From Sediminibacterium sp. (GTDB lineage Bacteria; Bacteroidota; Bacteroidia; Chitinophagales; Chitinophagaceae), in NCBI GenBank assembly GCA_046079965.1, contig JBJTTC010000066.1, positions 7,524-71,523 on the forward strand: a stretch of DNA of 64,000 nt. Reading direction: 5' to 3'. Positions 29,801-38,441 of this stretch are shown here, piece after piece. The number at the start of each line of letters is the position of its first letter. Positions within the stretch are counted from its first letter, which is position 1. The notes under the pieces were generated by a model. That model had not been told where the DNA came from. It did no database searches and saw only the letters and a program-made list of their open reading frames with translations. Both the position numbers and the translations under genes were made by a program.

Positions 29801-30029
29801 CACCACCGTTTTCAGTTTTCCATACTCCTCCGCTGGCTGTTCCCAAAAAAATGATATTGGGATTGTTCCAGACAGCATCAATTGCGGTTACCCGGCCACT
29901 CATCCCGGCGGGTCCGATGTTGCGGGGTTTCCAATTGCTGAAATGTTTCTTCAAATCAATTGTTTGTGCCATCAGACCAAAAGGAATCAGCAGCAGCAGA
30001 AATAGGGCAAATCTTTTATTCATGGACAT
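26847..30029 (-). CDS. Secreted sortilin/VPS10-like BNR (Asp-box) repeat protein, double beta-propeller, about 1060 aa
   Basis: Signal peptide MSMNKRFALFLLLLIPFGLMAQT. There are about ten Asp-boxes (SIDGGKTW, TIDGGESW, TYDGGKNF, SDDGGSKW, SEDGGKTF, SRDRGKTW, STDRGTSW, TTDGGKTW, TVDFGKTW, SMDNGNQF). A C-terminal helical region follows a Gly/Arg-rich insert. Confidence 0.85.
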   Translation of the reverse strand: MSMNKRFALFLLLLIPFGLMAQTIDLKKHFSNWKPRNIGPAGMSGRVTAIDAVWNNPNIIFLGTASGGVWKTENGGGSWTPVFDDQPIQNIGAIAINQSNPNIIWAGTGEGNPRNSVSLGEGIYKSIDGGKTWTCMGLQKTKNIHRILIDPQQPEVVYVGVMGNPFAAHPERGLYKTIDGGESWQLLLHTNDSSGVGDMVMDPTHPQKLIVNMYQHFRTPWSLKGGGSGSGLYVTYDGGKNFKKLGKEEGLPAGELGRIGIAIARNEPNRIYALVEATKNGLYRSDDGGSKWELVNSDPSVVTNRAFYFQDIAVDPQNENRLYNINQMIGMSEDGGKTFKTIIPYSGIHPDHHAWWIHPTQPSLIIDGNDGGIGISRDRGKTWQFDEKLPLGQFYHINTDNKIPYNVMGGLQDNGSWHGPAYVWIRSGIRNAYWQGVGGGDGFDVASDPANPDWVYSMSQGGALSRYNIATGEDWSIRPPRPNLSTRHRFNWNAAFAQDPFDKATIYYGSQFLNKSTDRGTSWQVISPDLTTNDSIKIDQSNNGGLSVDITGAENYCTILTIAPSPIQKDVIWIGTDDGNVQLTTDGGKTWTNFRNKLPGLPAGAWIPQIRASKHMAGEAFVVANDYRRGNHAVLLFRTVDFGKTWTRMADEKKLTGYVLCMIQDPVEPNLIFVGTEQGLWVSMDNGNQFQQFKNGYPSVSTYDLDIQEREADLVIATFGRAIWILDDIRPLRKLAAAKGQLPTSPLTAFQPPTAYQANIKNASGIEYSTWGTYEGENKKIGAPISFFVNKVGRDTGKNKLPDTAQIKIFDASQQQVRTLKAKADSGFNKFYWGMEGKGTRQPGMGGRGGGGGRMGGRGNNDEPGGLPVDPGTYKIVISLGKGISDSCMITVQDDPNAPLDPAVRLAIREANKEMDQLSLKLVDLIDRMNEADEIIKKVEAGYKDMEAGKTDTLKKVTKSMQDSLKTIRETLNGKPQEKQGYGNVPQTTVNSLLGEVRMAVLGKKSIPGTQEKRLMQDASDAVNKVLQKANLFFEGPWKNYRSLVESIPVKWFRDYAPLK

Positions 30030-30070
30030 AATTTTGGAGTTGAAATATCAGTATTAAATTCTTGATTTCC

Positions 30071-30103
30071 AAAATAAAACTGCCGGTAAAAGCTTACCGG
30101 CAG
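30071..30103 (-). terminator. Rho-independent terminator after msrB
   Basis: Perfect 10-bp stem CTGCCGGTAA / TTACCGGCAG with a 4-nt loop, followed on the reverse strand by TTTTATTTT. Confidence 0.8.
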
Positions 30104-30128
30104 CAAGGAACGAGTTATAGATCTCTTT

Positions 30129-30683
30129 TTATTGATTTTTTTTAAGGTATTCGCCTTCCTTTTCCTTGGCTTTTTCGAAGTCGAGGATCACGCCATTGAT
30201 ACAATAACGCAATCCGGTAGGAGGGGGACCATCTTCAAAAACATGACCCAGGTGTGATTTACAGCGTCCGCATTGAACCTCGGTTCTTGACATGCCGTGA
30301 GAATTGTCGGGCAGGTAAATGATGGAAGATTTACTGACCGGGGCGTAAAAACTGGGCCATCCACAGCCACTGTCGAACTTGGTATCACTTACGAATAACG
30401 GATTTCCGCAGGCTGCACAGAAATAAGTGCCTTTTTCATGATTTTTTTCCCAAACACTGGTATAGGGCCTTTCCGTACCTTTTTGTCGGGCGATGTAATA
30501 CAATTCCGGCGATAGGATTTTTTTCCATTCGTCTTGTTGAAGGGAAACCTTGGCTGTGTCTGTTCTTGAATAGACAGGATTTTGTTTATTCGCATCATTC
30601 ATAGGAGGCTGGTTTTTACTTGGCTGGCTGCTACAAGATTGGCACAGCAGCATTAGGAGGGAGATGAATCGGAGAGGCAACAT
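30129..30683 (-). CDS. msrB: Peptide-methionine (R)-S-oxide reductase MsrB, exported/lipoprotein form
   Basis: N-terminal [11 protein letters not shown] (lipobox-like), zinc CxxC pairs ([21 protein letters not shown]) and the catalytic RYCINGV. Confidence 0.9.
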   Translation of the reverse strand: MLPLRFISLLMLLCQSCSSQPSKNQPPMNDANKQNPVYSRTDTAKVSLQQDEWKKILSPELYYIARQKGTERPYTSVWEKNHEKGTYFCAACGNPLFVSDTKFDSGCGWPSFYAPVSKSSIIYLPDNSHGMSRTEVQCGRCKSHLGHVFEDGPPPTGLRYCINGVILDFEKAKEKEGEYLKKNQ

Positions 30684-30793
30684 AATAAAAGTAACAACAA
30701 TGAAGACTGAAAGTTCAAATAAAATTCTGATCTGAGTTTGTATTTTTTCAATGCAGCAATGGATATGCGTGCGGATATCTAAGGGGAAGAACT

Positions 30794-30801
30794 TATATTT
30801 G
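30794..30801 (+). promoter_or_regulatory. Bacteroidota-type -7 promoter element (TATATTTG) upstream of adk
   Basis: Matches the TAnnTTTG consensus, 25 nt upstream of the adk ATG. Confidence 0.45.
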
Positions 30802-30826
30802 TTATTCAGTTAATTTCAGCAGGGAT

Positions 30827-31408
30827 ATGTTCAATATTATTTTGTTCGGCCCTCCGGGAAGTGGAAAAGGTACCCAAAGTGCCCGGCTTGTCGAAAAGTA
30901 TGGGTTGATACATTTGTCAACCGGTGATTTGTTGCGTTCCGAAATTAGTCGCCAAACCCAGCTGGGGCTGGAAGCCAAAGCGATCATGGATCGGGGAGAA
31001 TTGGTACCGGATGTAGTTGTGGTGGGAATGATTTCCTCTGCATTGGATGCAAATCCTAATACCAATGGCTTTTTGTTTGACGGATTTCCCAGGACGGTAG
31101 CTCAGAGTGAGGCGCTGGATAATCTGTTGCAGGGAAAAGGGACCTCTATTGGAGTGGTTTTGTCGCTGGAAGTATCAGAACAGGAATTGGTAAAGCGATT
31201 GCTCAATAGGGGACTTACCAGCGGAAGGAGTGATGATAACAGTGAAGAAGTGGTTCTTGCGAGAATTGCTGAATACCACAAAAAAACATCCGTAGTAGCC
31301 GGCCATTACAGGAAGTACGATAAGGTAGTGGATGTGAAGGGGGAAGGTACCGTTGAAGAAATTTTTTCGCTCCTTTGCAGCGAAATCGACAAACGGTTGT
31401 CTTGTTAG
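30827..31408 (+). CDS. adk: Adenylate kinase
   Basis: IILFGPPGSGKGTQ, LSTGDLLR, GFLFDGFPRT; short-lid form (193 aa). Confidence 0.95.
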   Translation: MFNIILFGPPGSGKGTQSARLVEKYGLIHLSTGDLLRSEISRQTQLGLEAKAIMDRGELVPDVVVVGMISSALDANPNTNGFLFDGFPRTVAQSEALDNLLQGKGTSIGVVLSLEVSEQELVKRLLNRGLTSGRSDDNSEEVVLARIAEYHKKTSVVAGHYRKYDKVVDVKGEGTVEEIFSLLCSEIDKRLSC

Positions 31409-31444
31409 TGGGGTTTTGTTTCTCTACAACCAACAACCAACTGC

Positions 31445-31477
31445 ATCCCGCTCATTTTTGAGCGGGATTCTTTTTTT
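31445..31477 (+). terminator. Rho-independent terminator after adk
   Basis: ATCCCGCTCA-tttt-TGAGCGGGAT followed by TCTTTTTTT. Confidence 0.85.
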
Positions 31478-31528
31478 ATACAATCACTTACAAATAATAT
31501 ATTTTCATATATCAATGATTTGGTGATT

Positions 31529-32164
31529 TTATAGGTCATCGTACTGATAAAGCTCGTCCATTGGGCTGTCCCCATTTATTTCAATAACCGGCTGTATAAG
31601 TCCGTCATTTAAACTATACACCCATCCATGTATGTGTGGGTATCCATCTCTTTTCCAGGCCCGCTGGATGATGGAGGTTTTCGCCAGGTGATGTACCTGC
31701 TCAACCACATTTAACTCTACCAGGCAATCGAAGCGTTTTTCCTCTTCACTTATTGAGTCGAGTTCGTTGCGGTGCAAACGATAGACATCTTTGATGTTTC
31801 TCAACCACATGTTGAGCACTTGTTTGAAATCGTGGTTGGTCATAGCTGCTTTTACACCTCCGCAACCGTAGTGCCCGCATACAATGACGTGTTTTACTTT
31901 CAGGTAGTTCACGGCATATTCCAGTACACTTAAGAGATTCACATCGGTATGTACTACCAGATTGGCAATATTTCGGTGAACAAAGATCTCGCCAGGTTGT
32001 GTATTCGTAATTTCATTGGCCGGCACACGGCTATCACTGCAACCTATCCAGAGAAATTCCGGGGTTTGAATTTGACTGAGCCGACTGAAAAATTCTGGAT
32101 CGTCTTCCTTCTTTTCCTGTGCCCAGGCTTTGTTTTCCAATAATAACTTCTGGTATGATTTCAT
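31529..32164 (-). CDS. Beta-class carbonic anhydrase
   Basis: ORF track 31529..32191 uses a TTG start; I prefer ATG 32164 (MKSYQKLLLENKAW). Zinc-ligand motifs CSDSRV and HYGCGG are present. Confidence 0.92.
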   Translation of the reverse strand: MKSYQKLLLENKAWAQEKKEDDPEFFSRLSQIQTPEFLWIGCSDSRVPANEITNTQPGEIFVHRNIANLVVHTDVNLLSVLEYAVNYLKVKHVIVCGHYGCGGVKAAMTNHDFKQVLNMWLRNIKDVYRLHRNELDSISEEEKRFDCLVELNVVEQVHHLAKTSIIQRAWKRDGYPHIHGWVYSLNDGLIQPVIEINGDSPMDELYQYDDL

Positions 32165-32187
32165 GGGGTCTGTTTTTGTGAAGAGTA

Positions 32188-33777
32188 TCAACTGTTGTTG
32201 TCTGCTGTTTCCTGAGCTGGTAATGCAACTGGATCAATGATCATTCGATGAAAATGGTTGTAATTTTTTTTCTTGATTTCAACCCTGATCTGGTTCAATG
32301 CAGCATATTCAATGAACTGATTGATTTCATCTATTACATCTTTGTCTATGTAGTCTGCTCTGGAGGCATCAATCAGGGTGTAAGAGCCTGATGGTATGGT
32401 CTCTAGTTTTAGTTTAATGATTGGTTTGTTCAAGTAGGACACATCTTTTCTTAGTCGCAATAAAAAATTATTATCATCGGCAACAAAAACTACCGAAGAA
32501 TGGAAATTGCTTTTAATAACAAAATAAAGTCCGACCAGGAGTCCGATCATGATTCCAATCAAAAGATCACTGAGCAGGATGGAAACGATGGTAGTAATAA
32601 ATGGTATGAATTGCTCCCTGCCTTTCTTGTAAAATGTTTTGAACAGTGATATTTTGGCAAGTTTGTAACCAGTGAATATTAAAACTGCCGCCAGAGCCGC
32701 CAGTGGAATTTTGTTTAAAATCGGCGGTATGAATGCAACGCTGAGCAGCAGTAGCATTCCGTGAAGAATGGTCGATAATTTGGTTAGTGCTCCGGCACTT
32801 ACATTAGCTGAACTTCTTACCACGACCGATGTAATGGGTAGTCCGCCGAAAAATCCGGATACTATATTTCCTACCCCCTGTGCAAGCAGTTCTCTGTTGG
32901 GAGGGGTAAATCTTTTCTGTGGATCGATTTTATCTACTGCCTCGATCCCCAGTAGCGTTTCAAGACTGGCAACAATCGCAATGGTGATAGCTGCCAGCCA
33001 TACTTGTGGATTCGAAACCGAATTCCAGTCTGGAAAAATAAAAAAAGAAAAAAATCCTTCCAAGTTGTTGGCAACCGGTAAGGAAACGAGGTGTTTGTTG
33101 TTCAGTGGAGACCAATCGAATAATTGGGGCAACCAATCGTTAAGCAAGACACCAGATACAACTGCCACCAATGGTCCGGGAACAAGAACCATCCAACGTA
33201 TTTTTTTGATGGTGGGACTTTCCCATGTTCTCAGCAAAAGCAGCGACACCATACCAATAACTGCAGCCGTTGGGGTGAAAAAATCCAGTGCACGGCTAAG
33301 GGCAGTGAAAGTATTTTCATGGTTGGATTGGAAGAAACTTTCATCTCCCTCAAAATCGGCATCATATCCAATGAGGTGAGGTACCTGTTTCATGATGAGT
33401 ATGATTCCGATGGCGGCCATCATCCCTTTAATGACAGTATTGGGTATATAGTTGCCTATAACGCCTGCCTTCAGCCAACCCAAAATGATTTGAAATACTC
33501 CTGCCATCACCACTGCTACGATAAAAGCATCATATGCATTTATCTTTACAATAGCAGCTGCAACCAAAGTGGTTAGTCCGGCAGCAGGACCGCTAACGCT
33601 TAGTTGTGATCCGCTGAGAAGTCCGGTAACGATTCCACCAGCGATACCGGCAATGATGCCAGAGAATGGACTGGCACCGGATGCTAATGCTATGCCCAAA
33701 CAGAGTGGAAGGGCAACGAGTGTTACAACAATGGAGGCCGGTACATCTTTACCGACCGAACGAAAAATATTTTTCAT
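32188..33777 (-). CDS. SulP-family anion (sulfate/bicarbonate) transporter with C-terminal STAS domain
   Basis: 529 aa. The multi-TM core, including GNIVSGFFGGLPITSVVVRSSANV (SulP signature region), is followed by a STAS-like tail. It lies directly upstream of the carbonic anhydrase gene. Confidence 0.9.
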   Translation of the reverse strand: MKNIFRSVGKDVPASIVVTLVALPLCLGIALASGASPFSGIIAGIAGGIVTGLLSGSQLSVSGPAAGLTTLVAAAIVKINAYDAFIVAVVMAGVFQIILGWLKAGVIGNYIPNTVIKGMMAAIGIILIMKQVPHLIGYDADFEGDESFFQSNHENTFTALSRALDFFTPTAAVIGMVSLLLLRTWESPTIKKIRWMVLVPGPLVAVVSGVLLNDWLPQLFDWSPLNNKHLVSLPVANNLEGFFSFFIFPDWNSVSNPQVWLAAITIAIVASLETLLGIEAVDKIDPQKRFTPPNRELLAQGVGNIVSGFFGGLPITSVVVRSSANVSAGALTKLSTILHGMLLLLSVAFIPPILNKIPLAALAAVLIFTGYKLAKISLFKTFYKKGREQFIPFITTIVSILLSDLLIGIMIGLLVGLYFVIKSNFHSSVVFVADDNNFLLRLRKDVSYLNKPIIKLKLETIPSGSYTLIDASRADYIDKDVIDEINQFIEYAALNQIRVEIKKKNYNHFHRMIIDPVALPAQETADNNS

Positions 33778-33813
33778 GAAATGAGATAAAAATAATCGAC
33801 TGGGAGGTGTTTG

Positions 33814-34110
33814 TCAGATGTAATACACATCGGGTGGCGGAAGATCAATTTTTTTAATTCCTGAAACTGGTATTCCGGTGTAAGAGGTTGAATGATAGTC
33901 GATTTTTGAAGCTGAGCTGTAAGAGTGAGGAGAGGAATTTTCAGTGAGGTATTCAGTGGAAGGGTTGTTTCCTGAAATTTCCGGCAAATCTTCAGAGGAA
34001 GAAACAATTTCAGTGAATGGATTGAATAACCCAATATCGGAATTGTCTGAAAAGATCTTGCTTTGAAAAAGCAGCAAAGCCAGCAAGAAGCAGGTAATTG
34101 TTTGTTTCAT
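33814..34110 (-). CDS. Hypothetical small secreted Ser-rich acidic protein (98 aa)
   Basis: Signal peptide MKQTITCFLLALLLFQSKIFS, then low-complexity S/E/P-rich sequence. I recognise no family. The overlapping frame at 33774..34034 was judged spurious. Confidence 0.45.
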   Translation of the reverse strand: MKQTITCFLLALLLFQSKIFSDNSDIGLFNPFTEIVSSSEDLPEISGNNPSTEYLTENSSPHSYSSASKIDYHSTSYTGIPVSGIKKIDLPPPDVYYI

Positions 34111-34155
34111 ATTCTGGTAAATATAAAACTTTTACCCGGTGAAAACGCTGGTATA

Positions 34156-34911
34156 TTAAGTATTAAGACCCCCGCAGGTACTGATTACCTGTCCGGTTAT
34201 GTATGAACTCATGTCACTGGCTAAAAAGGCAACTGTATTCGCTATTTCTTCTGAAGATCCGAATCTACCGAGTGGAATTTTTTTCAGGTATTCAGCTGCA
34301 GCAGCTCCTTCTTGCAGGTATTGGGTCATGTCTGTTTCTACAAATCCCGGAGCAATTGCGTTGCAACGGATATTCCTGCTGCCCAGTTCCAGAGCGATGG
34401 ACTTGGTAAATCCGATGATACCGGCCTTGCTGGCGGCATAACTACTTTGACCGGCATTTCCGCGCATACCAATGATCGAACTCATGTTGATGATACTGCC
34501 ATTGCGGGCTTTCATCATTGGACGAATCACCTGTTTGGTCATATTGTACACACTTTTCAGGTTCACATTCATTACTTCATCCCATTGTTCTTCCGTCATG
34601 CGCATCAGAAGATTGTCTTTGGAAATACCGGCATTATTTACGCAGATATCTATTCTTCCCCATTCATTCATTAATTCCTGCACCAATTGCTCGCATTCGC
34701 TGAGTTGTCCGGCATTGCTTTTTCTGAACCATGTTTTCACTCCCAGAGATTGTATATCAGCGGCAAGTTGAGCAGCTTTTTCAGCACTTCCATCGCTAAC
34801 GTAAGTAAAAGCTACATCGGATCCATGAGCTGCGAGTTTCAAAGCAATGGCAGCGCCGATTCCTCTGGCAGCGCCGGTTACTATCGATACTTTTCCTTCG
34901 AGTAATTTCAT
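34156..34911 (-). CDS. fabG: 3-oxoacyl-[ACP] reductase (SDR)
   Basis: TGAARGIGAAIA, NNAGI, the YAASKAG catalytic motif and NAIAPGFVETDMT; 251 aa. Confidence 0.88.
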   Translation of the reverse strand: MKLLEGKVSIVTGAARGIGAAIALKLAAHGSDVAFTYVSDGSAEKAAQLAADIQSLGVKTWFRKSNAGQLSECEQLVQELMNEWGRIDICVNNAGISKDNLLMRMTEEQWDEVMNVNLKSVYNMTKQVIRPMMKARNGSIINMSSIIGMRGNAGQSSYAASKAGIIGFTKSIALELGSRNIRCNAIAPGFVETDMTQYLQEGAAAAEYLKKIPLGRFGSSEEIANTVAFLASDMSSYITGQVISTCGGLNT

Positions 34912-34959
34912 GACGAGGGGTTTACGACAAATGTAATTGAAAAGCTTGTTCTTTGTAGT

Positions 34960-36486
34960 CTATTGCTGCTGAATTTCGCTCTTCCACAGCAGTAAAATTT
35001 CTTCTAAATAATTTCGTTCATTGGACAGTCGCGGAACTTTGTGCTGACCACCGAGCTTTCCCTTGCTTTTGAGCCACCGGTTGAAAAGTCCGGCAGGCAA
35101 GGCATGAATGGAAGGCATTCGCAGAGCTATGTTTTTGTATCGCTTTGCTTCATAGTCGCTATTGATGCTTTGAAGGGCGGCATCAAGTTTCTCTGTAAAA
35201 ACAGTTAAGCTGTTAGGAGGAACACTAAATTCAATCAACCATTCATGGGCTCCGTTGCCCTGTTCATTAAAATAGATGGGAGCTGCGGTATAATCGGTCA
35301 AAATTGCGCCTGTGGCTTCACAAGCCAAGCGAATTGCCTGGTCGGTATTGTCAACCACCACTTCTTCACCGAAAGCGTTGATGAATTGTTTTATTCTCCC
35401 ATTTACAACAACCCTGAATGGATAGATACTGGTGAATCGAATGGTATCGCCCAGCAGATAGCGCCACAAACCGCCATTGGTAGAGATTACCGGGGCATAA
35501 GTTTTTCCGGTTTCTACCTCCTGCAATCCAATTGTAATGGGGTTGGGCTTCCCGATTTCTTCCATGGGAAGGAATTCATAAAAAATACCATGCTTTAAAA
35601 AGAGTAGCATGCCTTCTTCTTCCAGTCTGTCTTGTGCAGCAAAAAAACCTTCACTTGCATTGTAGATTTCCAGGTAACGACAGCCCTCTCCAACCAGTTG
35701 GCGGAACTGACTTCGATAGGGTGCAAAAGATACTCCCCCATGTATATATAGCTCCAGGTTAGGCCAAACTTCCCGGAGGGTTTGCTTGCCGGTGATCTCG
35801 AGTATCCGTCTGATCAATACGAGGGTCCAGGTCGGAACCCCCGCTATGGAAGTAACATCTTCTACTATGGTTGCCTGGGCTAGTCTTTCAATCTTTGATT
35901 CCCATTCATCCATCAGGGCAATAGAAAGTTCGGGTGTACGAATCCAGTTGGCCCAGATGGGCGTATTTTGGAGCAGAACAGCACTCAGATCTCCGTAGCT
36001 GATGTCTTCATTCATCTGACTGATTTGGTGACTGCCTCCAATGATCAGTCCTTTTCCCGTCAGTAAATCACTTCCCTCCCTTTGTCTGTAATACAAACTG
36101 AGAACATCTTTTGATGCCTGAAAATGACAATCTTCCAGACTTTCCTCTGACACAGGAATAAATTTACTTTTATCACTGGTGGTACCGCTGCTTTTTGCAA
36201 ACCAATTGATGGGTGTATTCCAGAGCAGGTTTTCCTCTCCCCGCATCATTCGCTCGATATAGGGTTTGAGCATTTCATAGTCGTGGATGGGAACCCTTTC
36301 TTTGAATTGCCGAATGGTAAAAGTGTTGTCGAGACCGTATTTTCTGCCCAGCTCAGTATATTGAGCATGGGTAACCAGATCTTGCAGTACTTCCCGCTGG
36401 GCTCCAACAGGATCCTGTGTCCACTGGTCAATGCTCCAGCTTCTCCATTGAACTAGGCGGGAAATGGCGGGACTTAAAATTTTCAT
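34960..36486 (-). CDS. GH3 auxin-responsive-promoter family protein (acyl-adenylate-forming fold)
   Basis: 508 aa. FAKSSGTTSDKSKFIPVS and YNASEGFFAAQD match the bacterial GH3 family common in Bacteroidota. Confidence 0.85.
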   Translation of the reverse strand: MKILSPAISRLVQWRSWSIDQWTQDPVGAQREVLQDLVTHAQYTELGRKYGLDNTFTIRQFKERVPIHDYEMLKPYIERMMRGEENLLWNTPINWFAKSSGTTSDKSKFIPVSEESLEDCHFQASKDVLSLYYRQREGSDLLTGKGLIIGGSHQISQMNEDISYGDLSAVLLQNTPIWANWIRTPELSIALMDEWESKIERLAQATIVEDVTSIAGVPTWTLVLIRRILEITGKQTLREVWPNLELYIHGGVSFAPYRSQFRQLVGEGCRYLEIYNASEGFFAAQDRLEEEGMLLFLKHGIFYEFLPMEEIGKPNPITIGLQEVETGKTYAPVISTNGGLWRYLLGDTIRFTSIYPFRVVVNGRIKQFINAFGEEVVVDNTDQAIRLACEATGAILTDYTAAPIYFNEQGNGAHEWLIEFSVPPNSLTVFTEKLDAALQSINSDYEAKRYKNIALRMPSIHALPAGLFNRWLKSKGKLGGQHKVPRLSNERNYLEEILLLWKSEIQQQ

Positions 36487-36546
36487 TGCGGTGGAAAAAT
36501 AAACAATGAAATCGAATTATGGAAAACGTAAATGAGTAGGCGCAAT

Positions 36547-37353
36547 TCAGGAGGCATTGCCGGCATTTTCCTTCCCCATTTCCATGATCCAGTCCTTTCT
36601 TCGCAACTCAAAATTAGTTCCTAGATAAAGGCGGCGAACCTGTTCGTCTTCAGCGAGTTCTTCTGCTGAACCATGTTTGAAAATTTTTCCTTCAATTAAA
36701 AGGTATGCCCGGTCACAGATAGACAATGTTTCATTTACGTTGTGGTCAGTTATGAGTATGCCAATGTTTTTGTACTTGAGTCTTGCTACTACACTCTGAA
36801 TGTCTTCCACTGCAATGGGATCAACCCCGGCAAAAGGCTCATCCAATAAAATGAAACGAGGATCTACTGCCAATGCACGGGCAATTTCTGTTCTTCTTCT
36901 TTCGCCACCGCTCAGGCTGTCGCCGTTGTTTTTTCTGACATGATTGAGATTGAATTCATCCAACAAGCTGTCGAGTTTCATCATTCTTTCCTTTTTGGAG
37001 AGACTGGTCATTTCCAATACAGCAAGGATATTATCTTCTACCGATAGTTTTCTGAAAACACTGGCTTCCTGTGGCAGGTAACCGATTCCCATTTGTGCTC
37101 TTTTGTACATGGGTAGCCGGGTAATGTCTTCCTGATCGAGCATTACGGAACCTGCATCCGGCTTAATCAGTCCGACTACCATATAAAAAGTAGTTGTTTT
37201 GCCCGCACCATTGGGTCCCAGTAAACCGACAATTTCACCCTGCTTTACTTCTACGGAAACCTGGTTAACGACAGTTCTTCCTTTGTAGCGTTTTACTAAG
37301 CCGTATGTATGAATGCGAGGTTGCAAGGGGTAGGTTTGAAACAAAAATAGCAA
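36547..37353 (-). CDS. lptB: LPS export ABC transporter ATP-binding protein LptB
   Basis: [49 protein letters not shown]; TTG start per the ORF track. Confidence 0.88.
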   Translation of the reverse strand: MLFLFQTYPLQPRIHTYGLVKRYKGRTVVNQVSVEVKQGEIVGLLGPNGAGKTTTFYMVVGLIKPDAGSVMLDQEDITRLPMYKRAQMGIGYLPQEASVFRKLSVEDNILAVLEMTSLSKKERMMKLDSLLDEFNLNHVRKNNGDSLSGGERRRTEIARALAVDPRFILLDEPFAGVDPIAVEDIQSVVARLKYKNIGILITDHNVNETLSICDRAYLLIEGKIFKHGSAEELAEDEQVRRLYLGTNFELRRKDWIMEMGKENAGNAS

Positions 37354-37477
37354 TAAACATGGCTCGGAAATGAACCGGATGGCTGCATTCCTGTTAATAT
37401 TGGTTCTTTAAGTTGGTGTATATTGCGGCTCGATTCAGATTTAATCGGACAAGTGTACCCAAGGAAATAGCCCAGAC

Positions 37478-38431
37478 ATGAAAATTACTGAACACCTAGC
37501 TGCTGCCAAAGATACCCTTATATCCTTTGAGGTTTTACCACCTTTAAAAGGTAAAAGCATTCATTCTCTCTATGATCACCTGGATCCTTTGATGGAATTC
37601 AGGCCATCCTGGATCAATGTTACGTATCATCGGAGCGAAACCATGTTTAAAAAGAAGGCTGATGGAACTTTTGAAAAAGTAGATGTGAGAAAAAGACCGG
37701 GTACGGTTGGTATATGTGCTGCCATTATGAACCATTATCAGGTCGATGCGGTACCCCATATCATTTGTGGTGGATTTACCCGCAGGGAAACGGAGGATGC
37801 ATTGATTGACCTTGATTTTTTGGGAATAGACAATATTTTGGTACTTCGCGGTGATGCGGCTAAAAATGAGGCCTTTTTTGAACCGGAGCGGGATGGCAAC
37901 CATTATGCCATCGATCTGCTGGAACAGGTTACCCTTATGAACAATGGAATTTACATTGATGAGGACATAAAGAACGGAGGAAAAACTGAATTCTGTGCGG
38001 GGGTGGCGGGTTATCCGGAAAAGCATTTTGAGGCCCCCAACCTGGAAATAGACTTACAGCGACTGAAACAAAAGGTAGATGCAGGTGCTGAATACATCAT
38101 GACCCAGATGTTCTTTGACAATGAAAAGTTTTATGCTTTTGTGAAAGCTTGCAGGGCAATGGATATTCAGGTACCGATCATACCCGGGCTCAAACCGATC
38201 ACCAACAAAAAACAATTGTCAGTTTTGCCACGCATTTTCCATGTAGATATTCCTACTGAATTATCCAATGCCATTCAGCGCTGTAAAAACGATGCCGAAT
38301 GTGAGAAGGTGGGAACTGATTGGCTGGTACAGCAGAGCCAGGAACTGAAAAAGTTTGGGGTGCCTGTTCTCCACTATTATACCTTGGGTAAACCCAAAGT
38401 AATCAGGGACGTCGTTCAGCAAATCATATAA
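37478..38431 (+). CDS. metF: Methylenetetrahydrofolate reductase [NAD(P)H]
   Basis: ISFEVLPPLKG, NVTYH, LVLRGD, TQMFFDNEKFYAF; 317 aa. Confidence 0.92.
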   Translation: MKITEHLAAAKDTLISFEVLPPLKGKSIHSLYDHLDPLMEFRPSWINVTYHRSETMFKKKADGTFEKVDVRKRPGTVGICAAIMNHYQVDAVPHIICGGFTRRETEDALIDLDFLGIDNILVLRGDAAKNEAFFEPERDGNHYAIDLLEQVTLMNNGIYIDEDIKNGGKTEFCAGVAGYPEKHFEAPNLEIDLQRLKQKVDAGAEYIMTQMFFDNEKFYAFVKACRAMDIQVPIIPGLKPITNKKQLSVLPRIFHVDIPTELSNAIQRCKNDAECEKVGTDWLVQQSQELKKFGVPVLHYYTLGKPKVIRDVVQQII

Positions 38432-38441
38432 AGCCGACAGA

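Noticed and set aside
32768-33379. 203-aa + strand ORF, plus 33124..33576 (150 aa)
   Set aside because: Both are antisense shadow ORFs inside the SulP transporter gene, with no motifs.
37354-37477. Possible SAM or folate-type riboswitch in the 124-nt leader of metF
   Set aside because: I could not find the conserved SAM-I/SAM-II or THF core sequences or a terminator/anti-terminator pair. It is probably just a promoter region.
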